A stretch of 64,000 bases of DNA from the human T2T-CHM13v2.0 reference genome, Homo sapiens. The stretch lies in assembly GCF_009914755.1 (NCBI RefSeq), contig NC_060925.1. One strand, written 5' to 3'. The notes beneath the pieces are model-generated. The model was not told where the DNA came from. It worked only from the letters and a program-made list of their open reading frames with translations, and did not search any database. The translations under genes and the position numbers were made by a program. Every line of letters begins with the position of its first letter. Position 1 is the stretch's first letter. Below are positions 29,926 through 46,337 of this stretch, piece after piece.

Positions 29926-30248
29926 ATCATCATCATGATCATCAGGTCACTGATATGATGCCACATGGCTGAGATCCAGCCAGTGGTCTTCCTAGCTATG
30001 GTCACAGAGACTTGAACTCTGTCTCTCACGAAAGCATTTTCCCAACCAAAGCAGCCAGAAATGACTCGAAGGATGTGAGACACTATTTAGGAGGGAAACG
30101 GAAACTAGACTGCCATTCCATCCTCCTCCACTGTCCCCCACAACCCCCGCCAGGCCGTGCTGCTGAGCTGCAGAGGGGCGCTCGGCCCACGCTGCCCCCA
30201 GAAGAGCCCAGTGCCTTCAAGGTTTCACTGTGAACTAGGACAGACTCA

Positions 30249-30521
<273 letters not shown>

Positions 30522-30649
30522 TTAGAAACACCACAAACAGGAAAAGGACTTTTCTAGGGAGAGTGAAGTGGTGCTCTGTTCCGCCTCAAGTGAAAGGCAT
30601 TGATCTTTAATAACCTTCTCTGGTAAAGTTACAATTTAAAAAATGTTTT

Positions 30650-30877
<228 letters not shown>

Positions 30878-31618
30878 CTAATTCCCTCAGTCTCCTGAGA
30901 GCACAGACAGGCACAGACTGTGCAGTTTCCCCAGGTCTCGCTGGTCCCTGCCATCAGAGGGGCCTGGAGGACACCCTGGCCCGAGGCCTGCCTGCCTGCC
31001 TTTGTGTGTCAGCACTTGCATCCACCAAGCCCCAAAAGGAGGAGGGCAGCACTGGAGGGAGGCCAGCAGCATCAGAGACAGAGCCCTGTCCTCAGGGAGG
31101 AGCCACTTTCCTGGAGTGATGGCTAAGACCAAACACGTGGATACCCATAACGCACGGGAGAACTGGATCCGAACCACGGGACAGATGTGGGTAAAGCACG
31201 AGGGGGAACGTGAGGAGGAAAAAGGGCATGAAGGAAAGACTCTGGAGAAATGACACCCGGGAGGAGTGCGGCTACACCGCAGGGCGGGCAGGCCCTGAAG
31301 GTAGAAGGAACAGCATTCCCAGAAACGGGAGTGCGGGGAGAGGCACACCCCCGAAACACAGGGCCTGGGCTGCCCTCTTCACATTCCCACCAAACGGCCA
31401 ATCTTGCTCGGGCCTGATTTTCTCCAGTGACAGGAAGTCCACCACATCCCGAGGCACAGGGCATGCACGTGGTCTCAGGCGGCTCAAGTCCCAGCTGTGG
31501 CCGGGCCAGGGACAGCTGCTGAGAGTCACAAGTTCAGCTCATTCATGTTCTGATTTCATAAAGAAAGAGCTAAATATGAACTACTGTATTATCAGAAAAA
31601 GAAATTTGTGAAAAACTA

Positions 31619-31922
<304 letters not shown>

Positions 31923-32169
31923 TTAGTACCTAACCACTTCAAACATGGAATCTGCTTACTTTAAAATTTAAAATACTGCTAAAGGTATTTGACCTGAGTG
32001 GCTAGTCAGGAGTCACAACCTCTCTGGGGGCGGGGCACACAGGAGAAACAGGAAAAGACTCCAAATGCTCAGACCTCAGACCCAGCCACCAGCTTCAGGA
32101 TTTTGCCCTAAGAATTCACGCACATGCTCAGGGGAAGGGCGGACGCCCACTGCAACGGGGTTTCCAACC

Positions 32170-32477
32170 TTTTCTTTTCTTTTTTTTTTTTTTTTTTTGA
32201 GACAGAATCTTGCTGTCACCCAGGCTGCAGTGCAGTGGCATGATCTCGGCTTACTGCAACCTCCGCCTCCTGAGTTCAAGCAATTCTCCTGCCTCAGCCT
32301 CCCCAGTTGCTAGGATTACAGGCACCTGCCCTCACACCTGGCTAATTTTTGTGTTTTTAGTAGAGACAGGGTTTCACCATGTTGACCAGGCTGGTCTCGA
32401 ACTCCTGATCTCAGGTGATCTGCCTGCCTTGGCCTCCCAAAGTGCTGGGATTACAGGCGTGAACCACCGCTCCTGGC
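32170..32477 (-). mobile_element. AluS
   Basis: Reverse Alu dimer. Confidence 0.93.
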
Positions 32478-32737
32478 CCAACCTCTTCTTACAGAAACCC
32501 CTAAGGGTCGGTATGCAGGTCTATTCAATCAATCATGAAACATCAATTCCACGAAACACCACAGAGCTGTAAAAAGAGTGAGTGCTTTCTGTGTACTGAT
32601 AGGAAACATTCTTCTAGACAAATTGTAAGGGAAGAAAGCAAGGTGTGGAACAGTGAGTAAGAAGAGGTCAAGAATCAGATGCAATACTGGACAAGCGCAT
32701 TAGCTTCTGTGTCCGTAAAACGACCCCGGAAGGGTCT

Positions 32738-33255
32738 GTTACCAGGGCAGCCCTGATGAAATAACAGCAAAAGTTCCTTTTTCTCACTGTTTTCCTTCAG
32801 TCCCTTTATCTATGGGTACAGCTGCTTTAAAGGAACCAGATGGCAGGGATGCCACCAGAGCTTCTTGACCCCTGACCAAATACCAGAGAGAGATGGAGCC
32901 CCACGAAACTGCTGCAAACTAGAACAGGTGAGCCCCAGTTGCCTTTAGACCATTAGCATATCATTATAATGCTAAAGACCATTCTCCAAGAGAAGACCAC
33001 CGCGTGTTCTGTACAAGCCATGCCTGGAGAAGCATGTTATGATCTGCGTCAATGTGCCTGGAGTCCCACCCTCCCGGCCTGTACCCAGTCCTTCATCTCC
33101 ATGCCTCCCACTGTCCAGGGAGAAGGTGCCTTTAAAGTGAGGGCTCCCTTCTCCACTCCCTGGCCAGTGAGTAAAACCTGACTACCTTTTCCAATTGGAT
33201 ATTCTTTCTTTGCAGCCGACACAAAGTGGGAAAAGAACTCGGTTCTCCAGTGACA
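32738..33255 (+). mobile_element. Probable ERV solo LTR (family unassigned)
   Basis: TGTTACC...GTGACA ends, near TSD GGTC/GATC; interrupts an old L1 3' end. Confidence 0.5.
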
Positions 33256-33329
33256 GATCCACAAGAACCCAAAGAGAGAGGTTACCTGGTAGCAGGTGAG
33301 GGGGTGGGGAAAGGAGACCTCACTCTCAA

Positions 33330-33401
33330 CTTTTTATATGTATATATTTTATATATATATAACACACATATAAATATACTATATATAAAATATATAATAC
33401 A

Positions 33402-33452
<51 letters not shown>

Positions 33453-33733
33453 TTTGAGGCAGGGTCTCACCGTCGCCCAGGCTGGAGTGCAGTGGTGCAA
33501 TCATGGCTCACTGCAGCCTAAAACTCCTGGGCTCAGCAATCCTCCCACCTCAGCCTCCCAAGTAGCTATGACCACAGGGGCGCACCGCCATACCCAGTTA
33601 ATGTTTGTATTTTTTGTAGAGATGGGGTCTCACTATGTTGCCCACGATGGTCTCAAACTCCTGGCCTTAAGCAATCTGCCCACCTCAGCCTCTCAAAGTG
33701 TTGGGATTACAGGTGTGAGCCACTGCACCCGGC
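33330..33733 (-). mobile_element. AluJ with an expanded (TA)n/AT-rich tail
   Basis: Reverse Alu at 33435-33733 plus TA-rich run at 33330-33435. Confidence 0.9.
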
Positions 33734-34051
33734 ACTTTTTTATACTTTTGGATTCTGAATCATGTGAGTGTATTGCCATTACCAGCAAATTTTGGGAAAA
33801 GCCCACTGCAAGGATGAGTGAAGGGCCCCGCAGCAGGTTCCTCCTCACAGCCTCCACTCAGGGCCAACAGCTTCCACACAGACGCATGGACATGTGGACT
33901 GTGGACGTGGAGCGAATGTGGTGGCTGTCTACTTTGTTCTCAGGATACTTCTGGACAGAAAATCCCAGCATATGACTAATTAGATTCAGTTGAAAAATAA
34001 CCTAAAAGCCAATCTTCAGCAACGAAATGAAGTTCCTGACTGGTTGTTCTC

Positions 34052-34689
34052 AGTAAACTAAAAATAAAATCCTGAGCCCCCAGTGGACTGAAGGGACCTC
34101 CTCTTGGCCTAGAGGACTCCAGAGCAGCCTTGAAAACTGAGTTCCAGGAGTGACAGGAGGGGACCAGACAGGCCTCCACATGCCCCGGCCCATGCTAACC
34201 ACCGTTAGCCTTTCTTCCCTCAGGACTGGAACCAGCCCTTCTAGAGACTCCATCGCTGCTGCTGCCCAGCGATCACCCACCGCTCTCCCTCTTCTGGATA
34301 GTCTACGGAGGGCATGCAGGGAGGGCTTTCGTGTCCCCTGCTTCACCTTTTGACATCAGAGGCCGAGAACTTCCCCTCGGGTCCTGCCAGTGCCACCACG
34401 TTTTGAACACTGTGTCCCATGAAGCGGCATGGGACTCAGCTGCGCACGTGCACGCTTCTCTCATAAACACGCAGGACTCCTCCTGGGCTTATTAAAATAA
34501 GCAGGCTCAGCCCCCACTCAGCAGAAATTCCTCTTCCCTCTGCCCCTCTCTCGAAGGGTCTGTTTCTGGCTTCTGGCTGGAGGCTACACTTCCCAGCCTG
34601 TCAGAAAGGCCACCTGCAGGCTGCAGCCCTTTATGAGAAATGAATCTCTCCTTTCCAGTCTCAGGAACCTCATCACTCTTCAGCTGACA
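34052..34689 (+). mobile_element. ERV1 MER4-group solo LTR
   Basis: (A)GTAAACTAAAAATAAAATCCTGAGCCCCC ... TGACA with a 4-bp TSD TCTC on both sides. Confidence 0.75.
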
Positions 34690-34747
34690 TCTCCTATCAC
34701 AAGATTGTCACCAAGACCAGTGAGGGGCAAAGGGAGTGGGTTTGACG

Positions 34748-35047
34748 TTTTGTTTTGTTTTGTTTGAGACAGGGTCTCACTGTGTCACCCAGGCTGGAGT
34801 GCAGTGGTGCAATCTCACCACACTGTAATCTCTGCCTCCTGGGGTGAAGTGATTCTCCCACCTCAGCCTCCTGAGTAGCTGGAACTACAGGCACACACCA
34901 CTACACCTGGCTAAATTTTTGTATTTTTTATAGAGACAGGTCTTACTATGTTGCCCAGGCTGGTTTCGAACTCCTGAGAGCTCAAGTGATCCACCTGCCT
35001 CAGCCACCAAAGTGCTGAGATTACAAGCCTGAGCCACCGTGTCTGGC
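34748..35047 (-). mobile_element. Alu (J/S)
   Basis: Reverse Alu dimer. Confidence 0.9.
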
Positions 35048-35750
35048 CAGGTTTGACTTTTAACACAAGCCACGAGGCACACATGACATCCCCTTCGAGG
35101 AATCTGGGCAGCATCTCACCTCGAAGAGACAGAAAAGTCACCCTCCCCAACAGATCCACCTCCGGCCACTCTTCCCCACCCACACTCCCCCAACTGCTAG
35201 GCAAGCACAGCCTCTGTGCTCTGAGCCTCCCTGATGTCCTTCTAGCCCACTCCCACCCCTCCCACCACACGCCCTTCCTGTCATCCTCCAGGCAGGCAGC
35301 AGCAGAGCAGACCGTCATCCCCATCCTTCCCAAATGGCTCCCTCTGGCTGCCTGGGAACGGCTGGTCACTGAGGAACAGCAGGAAGCTCCCCGCCGACCC
35401 CTGCTCTGCTCTAAGGCGGCCTCTCAGCCATGGGGCCTTGCCATGCTGGAGATAACCGACGGCTGTGCGGTCAGAGGTTTGAGACAGCCGGTGGCTGGTG
35501 ACAGAGAGCTACTACTTCATCTGGTGAGCAGAGCTGTTCCCCTCCCTCCAGGTGGCTCTCACAGGCGCTCCCGTGCTCATCCCCACAAACCAATGCCCTC
35601 CCTCAGGGATGGTGTGTTTCAGTTCTTTACTTTCTGCCAAAAGTCCAAGGCCACGAAACATCTGCCAAAACCTCTTAGATAAATTAGCTAAGCGGATAGC
35701 AGTTTACACTGAGAAAGATCCCATTCAGAGCTAAAGGTGGGGAACACTCA

Positions 35751-35912
<162 letters not shown>

Positions 35913-36192
35913 TCAGAAGGAAAGCACATGGAGGCCTCAGCCACCACCACGCCCACTAGAGCTTTCTAAACTCCACCAGTCCCATCCTCTGCGGAAGGCA
36001 GAGGCAGCTGAGGCCAGCAGCAGCTCCCCAAGCCGTTGGTGCTTGTGGCCAAGCATGTCTGGCACACACGCAGCCCCAACCAAGGCAGCCTGAGAATTGA
36101 GGAGCTTTCCTGGAAAACACCATGGAAATTTACAAAACTCTGAAATGTCTCAAGACAACATCTGAGGAATTTCCACAGCTGTATATCTGGAG

Positions 36193-36420
36193 CAGTGGTT
36201 CTCAACCAGCGATGATTCTGCTCCCTAAGGCACATTTGGCAATGTCTGGAGACATTTTTTTTCGTTTGTCACAACAGGGCCAGGGAGCAGGGAGGCAGTG
36301 CCCTGGCATCTAGTGCGTTGCCAGGGATGCTGATAAACATCCTACAGCACAGACGACAGCCCCGCGACAGCAAACAATTATCCATTCGCAAGTCAGTGGT
36401 GTCAAGCTTGAGAAACCCTG
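36193..36420 (+). mobile_element. MER20 hAT element
   Basis: CAGTGGTTCTCAAC...TTTGGCAATGTCTGGAGACATTTTT...TTGAGAAACCCTG. Confidence 0.85.
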
Positions 36421-36821
36421 ACTTGGAGTAAACATGTAGGCTTTAACCCTGGCTGAAAGGATGATGCGCCAGCCTATCCACCCGTATGCCCGGCTCCTAC
36501 ACAGAGCCTGGCACGCGACAGACACTCAGCCAGCGTGTGCTGAATGAACACCTACTGCCTGCCAGGCACCTGTGAAAAACACATCGCTCAATATTCAAGC
36601 AGAACTTACGAGATATGCATTATCATTACTCCTCATATACAGATGAATAAATTCAGGGTCCAAGAGCTCAAATCACTTACCTGAAGTCCCACAGAGAATC
36701 AGTGCTAGAGTACAACTTTGGCCCATATCCATACTACCTCAAATCCATCACTGGTGGTCAAAGCCAGCCCTTACTCCGGCCTAAAGAACAATTCCTTAAG
36801 TCACTTAGAAATGGCAAACCC

Positions 36822-37118
36822 AGCCGGACACAGCGGCTCACGTCTGTAATCCCAACACTTTGGGTGGCTGAGGCGAGCAGATCTCTTGAGCCCAGGAGTT
36901 CAAGACCAGCCTGGGCAACATAGGGAGATCCCGTCTCTACTAAAAACACAAAAATTAGCCAGGCATGGTGGCACAGACCTGTAATCCCAGCTACGTGGGA
37001 GGATGACACACAGGAATCGCTTGAGGCTGGAGGCGGAGGTGGCAGTGAGCCAACGTTGCACCACTGCACTACAGCCTGGGTGACAGAGCAAGACCCTGTC
37101 TCGAAGAAAAAAAAAAAG
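36822..37118 (+). mobile_element. Alu
   Basis: Alu dimer with TSD GGCAAACCC. Confidence 0.92.
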
Positions 37119-37248
37119 GCAAACCCCCAAGCAAGACACATCCCACACTATGCTATTATGGACACACAACTTTAGATGACAAATGTACAGCCTTCTACTG
37201 CCACCATAAGACGAGCAGTTAAACCACCATAGAAAGATGCTGGAATCT

Positions 37249-37877
<629 letters not shown>

Positions 37878-38722
37878 CTACCATGCCCTCATGTGGTGTA
37901 CCACATCTCTGCAGGATGCCAGGGAAGCAGGCACACTGAGGTAACTCCCTCAGACTGAAATGTTGGTGTCGGAGCTCTTTATTCCAGAGCACCCAACAAC
38001 CAGGGCATCAGATGTCTGCTTCCGCTCCAGGAACTTTCCATTCCCTAGGAATTCCACCACAAGAAACACCAACAGATCCCAGGCCCACTAGAGCAGAATG
38101 GGGCTAGAGCAGCTATGCACCCAACCCTGCAGGGGGACACACCAGGTAGGACCATGGTTAGATCAGCCCAAGACGTAACACATCCACCACTAAAAAGACA
38201 CGCACGTGCTGATCAATTCATGCTCCTAGTATCGCCTGACACTCAACACAGACAACTTCGATCACACCTTCCCAGTGCTGCTTCGTGCGTAACCATTTTG
38301 AGTTCCATCTGAACTGTATTTAAACTATTAACAAGAAGAATCCTTGAATTTCTTTAGGTGCTAAGTAATTATCCCCGGTTCAGAGCCCAAAAGACTAAAG
38401 TCTTTTTATGCCGAAAATCACCTTGAGATCATTTTATTAAAAGATTTCTCAAGATGTAAGCCAAGTAGATGATATTCAAATTGATCTTAAAAGGTTTTCC
38501 ACTCACACCTTCCCATTCCCAACATGCAAATGGCCAGCCTCTGCCTCCGCCTTCCTGCCAGGCCCAGGGAGAGGAGGCCTGGGAAGACAGCACAGGAGAC
38601 TCAAACCCCTCTCTGCATCTCATACGGGCGCTCCCACTTGGGAATGAAAGCACCTTCACTCTGCTGCTGCTTTTCTATTGCGTTAAATTCAATGCAGTTG
38701 TTTTTATTTAAAATAATTAAGG

Positions 38723-39266
<544 letters not shown>

Positions 39267-41212
39267 TCATTACCATGGTGTCACCGAGAAAACGTTTACT
39301 GTAATCACAGACTGTCAGCCCAGGATAACAGAGAGATGCATTAAAACATCAGCCATGAGATATAAATCGTTATTCTATTATCTTTTATTGCAATATGATG
39401 AAATAATGACCACTTACAGCTGACAGGTGGTTGGACTAAGAGAGAATTATGTTTGTTTCCAAGACTCCAGAACCGCTTTTAAAAAGCCCCACTGCAAAGT
39501 CGAGTTGGTCATTAACTCACCTTTTCTATTTATACCTGTGCTTATCAGTCTTACGAACACTACTCACTTTTTCTATTGGCAATAAACATTTTCAACTCTG
39601 ATACCCAGCAACAACAATCTGCCAGCCTAGAGGTCACCCTGAAATTACTCTACCTGAACCGGGTGGAACCTGCCGCTACGGGCATGTCCCAAATACAAGT
39701 TTATGGCTATGCCTCTCCCTTCTGTTTACCACTAAAAATAATCACTCTGAGGCCAAAAACAACAACAACAGCAACAGAGCCCCAGAGCTGCTTGTCTCAG
39801 CTGATCCAACCTTAGAATCTAAAGAATCCATCTTTAATCAGAAGAGTCAGCCGCTCCAAGTGCAGCATGTTTGAAAAGTTCAGATGGTTGTACCAGTACA
39901 ATTACTGATTGATAAGGACATATGTTCTTTTCCAAAAATCATTTATTGACCCTCCAGTGTGGGAACAGCCCCAAGCTAAAGAATTTATAACGAACCTGGA
40001 AAACACAAGTCAGCTTTCAAGAAGCTCGAGCCTCGAAGGCTTCATAAACGACAGATGAGGCAGGCACAAAACTGCGAGCAACAGAGCCACATGGCTGCAC
40101 CCCTCGGGTCACCCCAGCAAAGTCATATTCGACCAGGTCACCGGTGCCTGACCACCCAATTCCCGCCTCACTCAGCCAGGCAGCACCCAGCTGAGGAATA
40201 CCTGTACACACATCCTTCAGTCTAGGGAAACTTAACGAGCGCCACTGCCATACATTTGGAAAGGAACATTCTCTACATCAACTGAAACTGCACGATTAAA
40301 AGGTTAAGTCAAGCCCATCAAATCGCCTGCAGGGCAAGGTCACTGGAGACAGAGGGAGACGGGCTCTCTGTCACCCCTGCCTCGAAGCTCACTTATCTGC
40401 ACTGGTCAAGTTTCCTCCTTGACAGCATAAACAGATTAATAAATCATTTAAATGCTCCTGTCTTAATGCCTTCATCTTCAAAAACACGGACACCATTTTG
40501 CCTCGGGGCCCAGTTTCCATTTTTCACCCGCAGTGATGGAAGTGGAATTGGGCCTCTGCCGATGTGCCTGGATGAAGAGGCCGCAGCCGGGCACCCCCCA
40601 TGGCACGGCCACGTGACCTGGCACCTGCATGACATGGGCTCCTCAGACAACGCTGGGCAGCAAGGCCAGAGAGGAGCTGAGCAGGAACAGAATGAGTCCC
40701 TTCCAAAGAACTGTTTTAATAAGCCTTTAACAGGATATCTTCAGCCAGGCAAACAATGCAGAGACTTCATGCAGTTCCTACCCTCTGGCTCAGACTCACA
40801 CTGCGGGTTCGGAGGGCTTCCCAGACACTACCCCTCAAAGACAGCAGGGATCGGGGGAGCCCATCGATTTCCACAGCAAAGCATCATGACAGGGACAGGG
40901 ACAGCCCCCTGCCCCACGAATTATCCAGCCCACAATGTCAGCAGTGCCAAGGTTGAGAAACTCTCATTTGGAGTAAAAATGTAAACTTTAATCCTGGCTG
41001 AAAGGATAATACAACATCTTATCCATCTCTGCACTTCCAGCTCCTAAACACAGCCTGGCACACAGAAGACCCTTAACCAACATTTCTTGAATAAAAACTA
41101 CTGCCCACTGGGTCCCTGCTTATGGAAAAGCACATGACTAAATACTCCAGCAGCACTTAGGGGATGCACACTCTTTATCTCTCATGAGCAAATGAATCAA
41201 GTCAGGAGGAGT

Positions 41213-41720
41213 TTATTTTTTTCTTGCAAATTAATTTAATTTCTTTCTTTCTTTTTTTTCATAGGTTTTTGGGGAACAGGTGGTATTTGGTTACATGAGG
41301 AAGCTCTTTAGTGGTGATCTGTGAGATTACGGTGCACCCATCACCCGAGCAGTATCCACTGAACCTAATTTGTAGGGTTTTTTTTTGTTTGGTTTTTCTT
41401 TTTTTTGACAGAGTCTTGCTCTATCACCCAGGCTGGAGTGCAGTGGCGTGAATCTCAGCTCACTGCAACCTCCACCCGCCGAGCTCAGGTGATTCTCTAG
41501 CCTCAGCCTCCCAAGTAGCTGGGATTACGCGTGTGTGCCACCACGCCCAGCTAATCTTTAAATTTTTAGTAGAGACAGGGTTTCACCATGTTGGCCAGGC
41601 TGGTCTCAAATTCCTGATCTCAAGTGATCCATCCACCTGGGCCTCCCAAAGTGCTGGGATTACAGGCATGAGCCACTGCACCCGGCCTCAATTTGTAGTC
41701 TTTTATCCCTCACCCTCTAG
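41213..41720 (-). mobile_element. L1PB 3' end interrupted by an AluS (41378-41687)
   Basis: TTTGGGGAACAGGTGGT.TTTGGTTACATGA..CACCCATCACCCGAGCAGT; the Alu is flanked by AATTTGTAG. Confidence 0.85.
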
Positions 41721-41890
41721 GATCAAGGAGTTTAAAGCACTTGTCTGAAGTCCCACTGGGATCAGTGATGGAGCAGGACACTAGCCCATCCTACCTCAAC
41801 TCCGACGCCCATGGCGAAAGCCAGTTCTCCCTCTGGCCTAAAGAGCAACTCCTTGGCTTACTTAGAAAAGTAAGTGAGCAGACATGATTA

Positions 41891-42184
<294 letters not shown>

Positions 42185-45100
42185 TCAATCACTGTACAAT
42201 TAAACACTGGAAACGTCACAGAGACCAATCATTTCTCCTTCTGAAAACCATTTTCTTTCATCCTCTCATTTCAGGTTCCAAGACTACGGCAGTGGTTTCC
42301 ATTGTGCCAGAGAGGAAATCAGCCCTCCCCAGCTGCAAACAGACAGGCACACAGGGCCCGAGTTGGCCTCCTAGAGCCATAGAGCCTCCCTCTGTGGAAG
42401 CAGCTCGCTGGGACACGAAGCCAGCTTCTTGCTTTTGTTGTGACAATGTTCAGGACATGCCTGCCCTCTGCCGAGCAACAGCAAGAGCACAGGAGCAGCC
42501 ATCGGGCTCTGCAGCCAGGGCTTCCTGCAAGCTCCAGAGCCAGGCCCAAGAATCCAGGCCCTGGAAGGGCTCGCAGGAGTTTCACGTGGGTTATGCTGAT
42601 ACTCCTTGACAGCATCCACTTTTCAATGGGAAATTATAGCACACTCATTGCTCTGACGAGTAAGAGCCGCTCAAGAGGGGCTTTCTCATGGCTGTGATGA
42701 CGGGAAGAGACACAACCCAATCACCTGCATCCCTCTACCAGGGCAGGTGACTGCCCCGCTGCTTTGGCGACACTGGGGCTGGTGCGCTCTGGGAGGAAAG
42801 ATTCCCTTGATGGGGGTTTAAGCTGTTGCTGGAGAATCACGAGGATTCCTGCCCAGTAACTCCCCCCAAATAAATAAAGGAGGGAAAAGAAGCCAGTCAC
42901 ACTACACCGGCCACACACAGTCATTAAGGAAAGAATCCAAGGGAAAAGTATGTCCACCTCAAAAAGAAAACTGAGAAACTGCACAGGACCGTGGCCTCCA
43001 GCATTATTTTTTAAAAGACACTTTTTTAGAAGTTGAATGAATGATTCGCTGGCTCAGAGGAAGTGGAGGCAATTCCTCCCCACCAGGAAAGGTCTCAGAG
43101 AACACAGAATTCTGAGCTCAGAGCTGAGACGTGTCTGGGGACTGCTCTCCTGCATATGGGCCCAGTGCAAATAATTCATCATTTGCAGAAAAAAAAAAAA
43201 ACCACCCAGCTCTGGATCAAGACAAGCCTTCTGTGTTCCAAGTCTCTTTCAGGACATCGTTGTTTGCAAAATCATGCCACAGCCCCCTCTCTCGGGGTCA
43301 TGTGTGACATGGGCACTCCACAAAACCTGAGCATGCAGGGTCCATGCGCTACCACGTGGGGGCTGGACAGCCACGGGCGCTCCAAATGCGGTCCCCTGCT
43401 ACCGGCAGCTCACCAACCCCAAAGCAGATCCCCCCAAACCAATGCTGATAGGCAAAGACCAGAAAAACACAGGCAATTAGTAAAGCCAGAGAAAGATCTC
43501 TGCCAAGTCTCAGAATCACCCCTAAAAAGGGCAAAGGGTGTTTTACGAACCTCTATTTCCACAGGGGTGTAGACAGAGCAATTAGCAGACAGGGTGCGAA
43601 CATGCTGCCACACCCTCATGCCTAAGAATGCCCACTCCTGGGAGCACTCGGTGCTTCATCCACACTTGGGAGCACATACATGTGTACATGGATGTGCACA
43701 CATGTTTGCACACACAGTTAAATAACTAGTTAACTAAGCTGGAACAAAACCTTTGCTCTGTATGAGAATGCCAAGCACATGGAGGAAACTGCCTGGTACA
43801 GAACACGCTGCTCAACAGCTTGGCAGGAGGGATTCATTCCTGGGGCACCACTGGCCTCTGCTGCCCACACGGGGCATAGCAGCTGCAGACAGCAGGCTCC
43901 ATGAATAGCACGGGGGCTTCAGCATCACCCTCACAGCTGAAAGTGCCCTGGCTACACCACACTGTCCTTGCTGCATTCCCTTCTTCAGCGATTCCAAGTC
44001 CAAGGGTGCAGATTTTTCCAGAGGTTTTAAGGACTATGTTCCACTAGTCCCCCGGGCCCATCCCCAGCCTCAACAGGAGACGCACCCAGATGACAGGCCA
44101 AGGCTGAGCCACGTGGCTCCCACAGTCGGCTGCCCTTGGAGCCACCAGCACAGGTATTCCAGACTCCGAAAAGCCACCAGCTCCTAGTCTCCCTAACACA
44201 TCTGAATTGTGAACTGCACAGGCAGCATGACACGCAGCTGCCAGGATGTGGTGAAATGCAAGTGCTGCCCAACTTCCGCCGCAACGGAAGCCCTCGGAGT
44301 GCATGAACATAATCCCGAGAAGGGCAGAGAGAGGCATCCATTCCAAAGATCGTCCTACCATGTGACTGGAATTCTACAGGGATCAGGATTCTACAGCCCA
44401 GAGAGTAGGGAGATGGAAGCCCCCGCTTCTGGCCTGCGCAGCACGGATCCTTAGGAAGGTCCGAAGCCTCTCTAAAGGGAGAGCTGAAGTCAGAGGGGTT
44501 GAGGGAGGAGGAGGGAACTGGCCCCAGCACCTCGGTGACTGCAAGGCATCCCTGGTTTCAGAGCATACTCCATCCCTCAGCATTCTACAGAACACTTCAG
44601 AACAAAATGCAGGGCTCCTCAGAAGCAGGAGGTCACGGAGGCCACAGCAGGTGGAGCCGTCAGATGCACAGGGCCGTCGCTCCCACCCCCACCCGCCACA
44701 TGGGAATAAGCTGGTGGAGTTATTCCATCTCCATGCACCTCAGTGTCCTCCTCTTTAAAATGGGTACACAGGATACTGACATCCACAGGAGGATGACAGG
44801 CATGAAATGACGGCATGCTTCTGAGCCGATGCCTGGCCACGGGAAGCGCCTCCCGGTGAAGGATGGCTAACTTCACCACCCGCCGCATGGCTGTCACAAC
44901 ACCAGGTTTCGGGGGGCTCACTGTGCACATCTGAGAAAGCTAAAGCTAAACAGCTCTATCCCCAGCAGTTGGTCTGGCATTGCCAGCACCGGGAACTCAT
45001 GGCGAGCCTCCTGCCACAGCGCAGGCCCGAGGGGACCCCCTGCCCGCGCTGAAACAGCACTCTAAGGGTTCATCCGCAGTCACACTCATGAAACCTTTCC

Positions 45101-46337
45101 TGACACGGCTGGCCAGAGAGACCTCTGAGAGGTATTTGCATTAGCTGTTTGACAACCTTAATGTCAGACACATCCTTAGCTGTCCAGACATACACTCTAG
45201 CAAGGCTTTTTATTGAAGCTTCGTGACCTCTGGGGTCATTCTCTCCCTCTACTACCCATGGGAGGAAGGGCAAGAGTCAGGACCCATCCATGTCAAGACA
45301 CACATAATCCAAGCGCTGGGTGATGGTGGGGTACGGAGAGCAACGAGCTCGTGGCCCCAGGTGGGGGTGCTGACTGGCCAGAGCAGGCCCCCATGGGAAA
45401 GGCACACCTGGGCAGTGGTTACCTAGAGTAACGTCTCAAAGGACGGCCACTGTCACCGCCACTGTTACTCATCATACAAACTGTCCCAATACCAGGCCTC
45501 TTGGGGCCTCCTTCTATATACCTAAGATCAAACCAAGACAGCTGAGACCCTCTCATCACCTCTGTTGCCTCCACACTGTCCCTGCTGCACACCCGTCGTG
45601 CTCAGACACCATCCCTCTCAAACTCCCCCCACTCGAGTTCAGCTGTGAAGCAGCAGCCAGGCATGGGAAAGGCCTCCATGACATCGCCGGCTGTTAAGAG
45701 TCAAACGTCAGCGTCCCTAAGAAGACCCTGTAGGACCCAGCCAGAAGGCACGACGGGGCCACCCTGCCAACCCCACCCGTCAGCAAACCTGGGCTCTCCT
45801 CTCGTCCTAACACCCCTGGGTCTCCCTGCTCTGCTTGAAGCAGCCTCGTCCCTGCTTGTCACGGAGTCAGTTTCTTTCTCATCCTGTAAGTCCCAGCTTA
45901 ATCAGCAGCTTCGCAGAGAGGCCTCCCTCGTCACCCACCTAAAGCAGGTCTCCACGTTCTCCTATTGGTCTCCACGTTCTCCTATCGGTCTCCTCCTGAG
46001 AATTTAACACAACTTGCAGTTACTCTGTTACCTGCTCAGTGCATCTCCGAAACAGTCTGCAGTTCTGTTAGGTGAGCGCCATCATCACCCTGAGCCTAGC
46101 ATGATGCCCTGCAGAGAGCAGGTGCTGAATGGAATGCATGCTGTGCAGTGAACCACAGAGACAGAGCACGCCGGCCCGCAGGGTGGCCAGCCACAAGACC
46201 ACCTGAGCGAAAACACGCTGCTCAACCAGTGCCCATCCACCTGCCGGTCTCAAGACAGAAGGCACAGGTGTGAGTCCAGGCTCTGATACCTGCTACCTGG
46301 GCAAGTCACTTTACTAAATCTTAGTTTGTCTATACAG

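Noticed and set aside
33226-33975. 249-aa plus-strand ORF
   Set aside because: Runs through a (TA)n/poly-T tail and an antisense Alu; typical Alu-derived pseudo-ORF.
42215-42450. Possible degenerate duplicate of exon 4 after the second duplication copy
   Set aside because: No recognisable similarity to exon 4 by eye.
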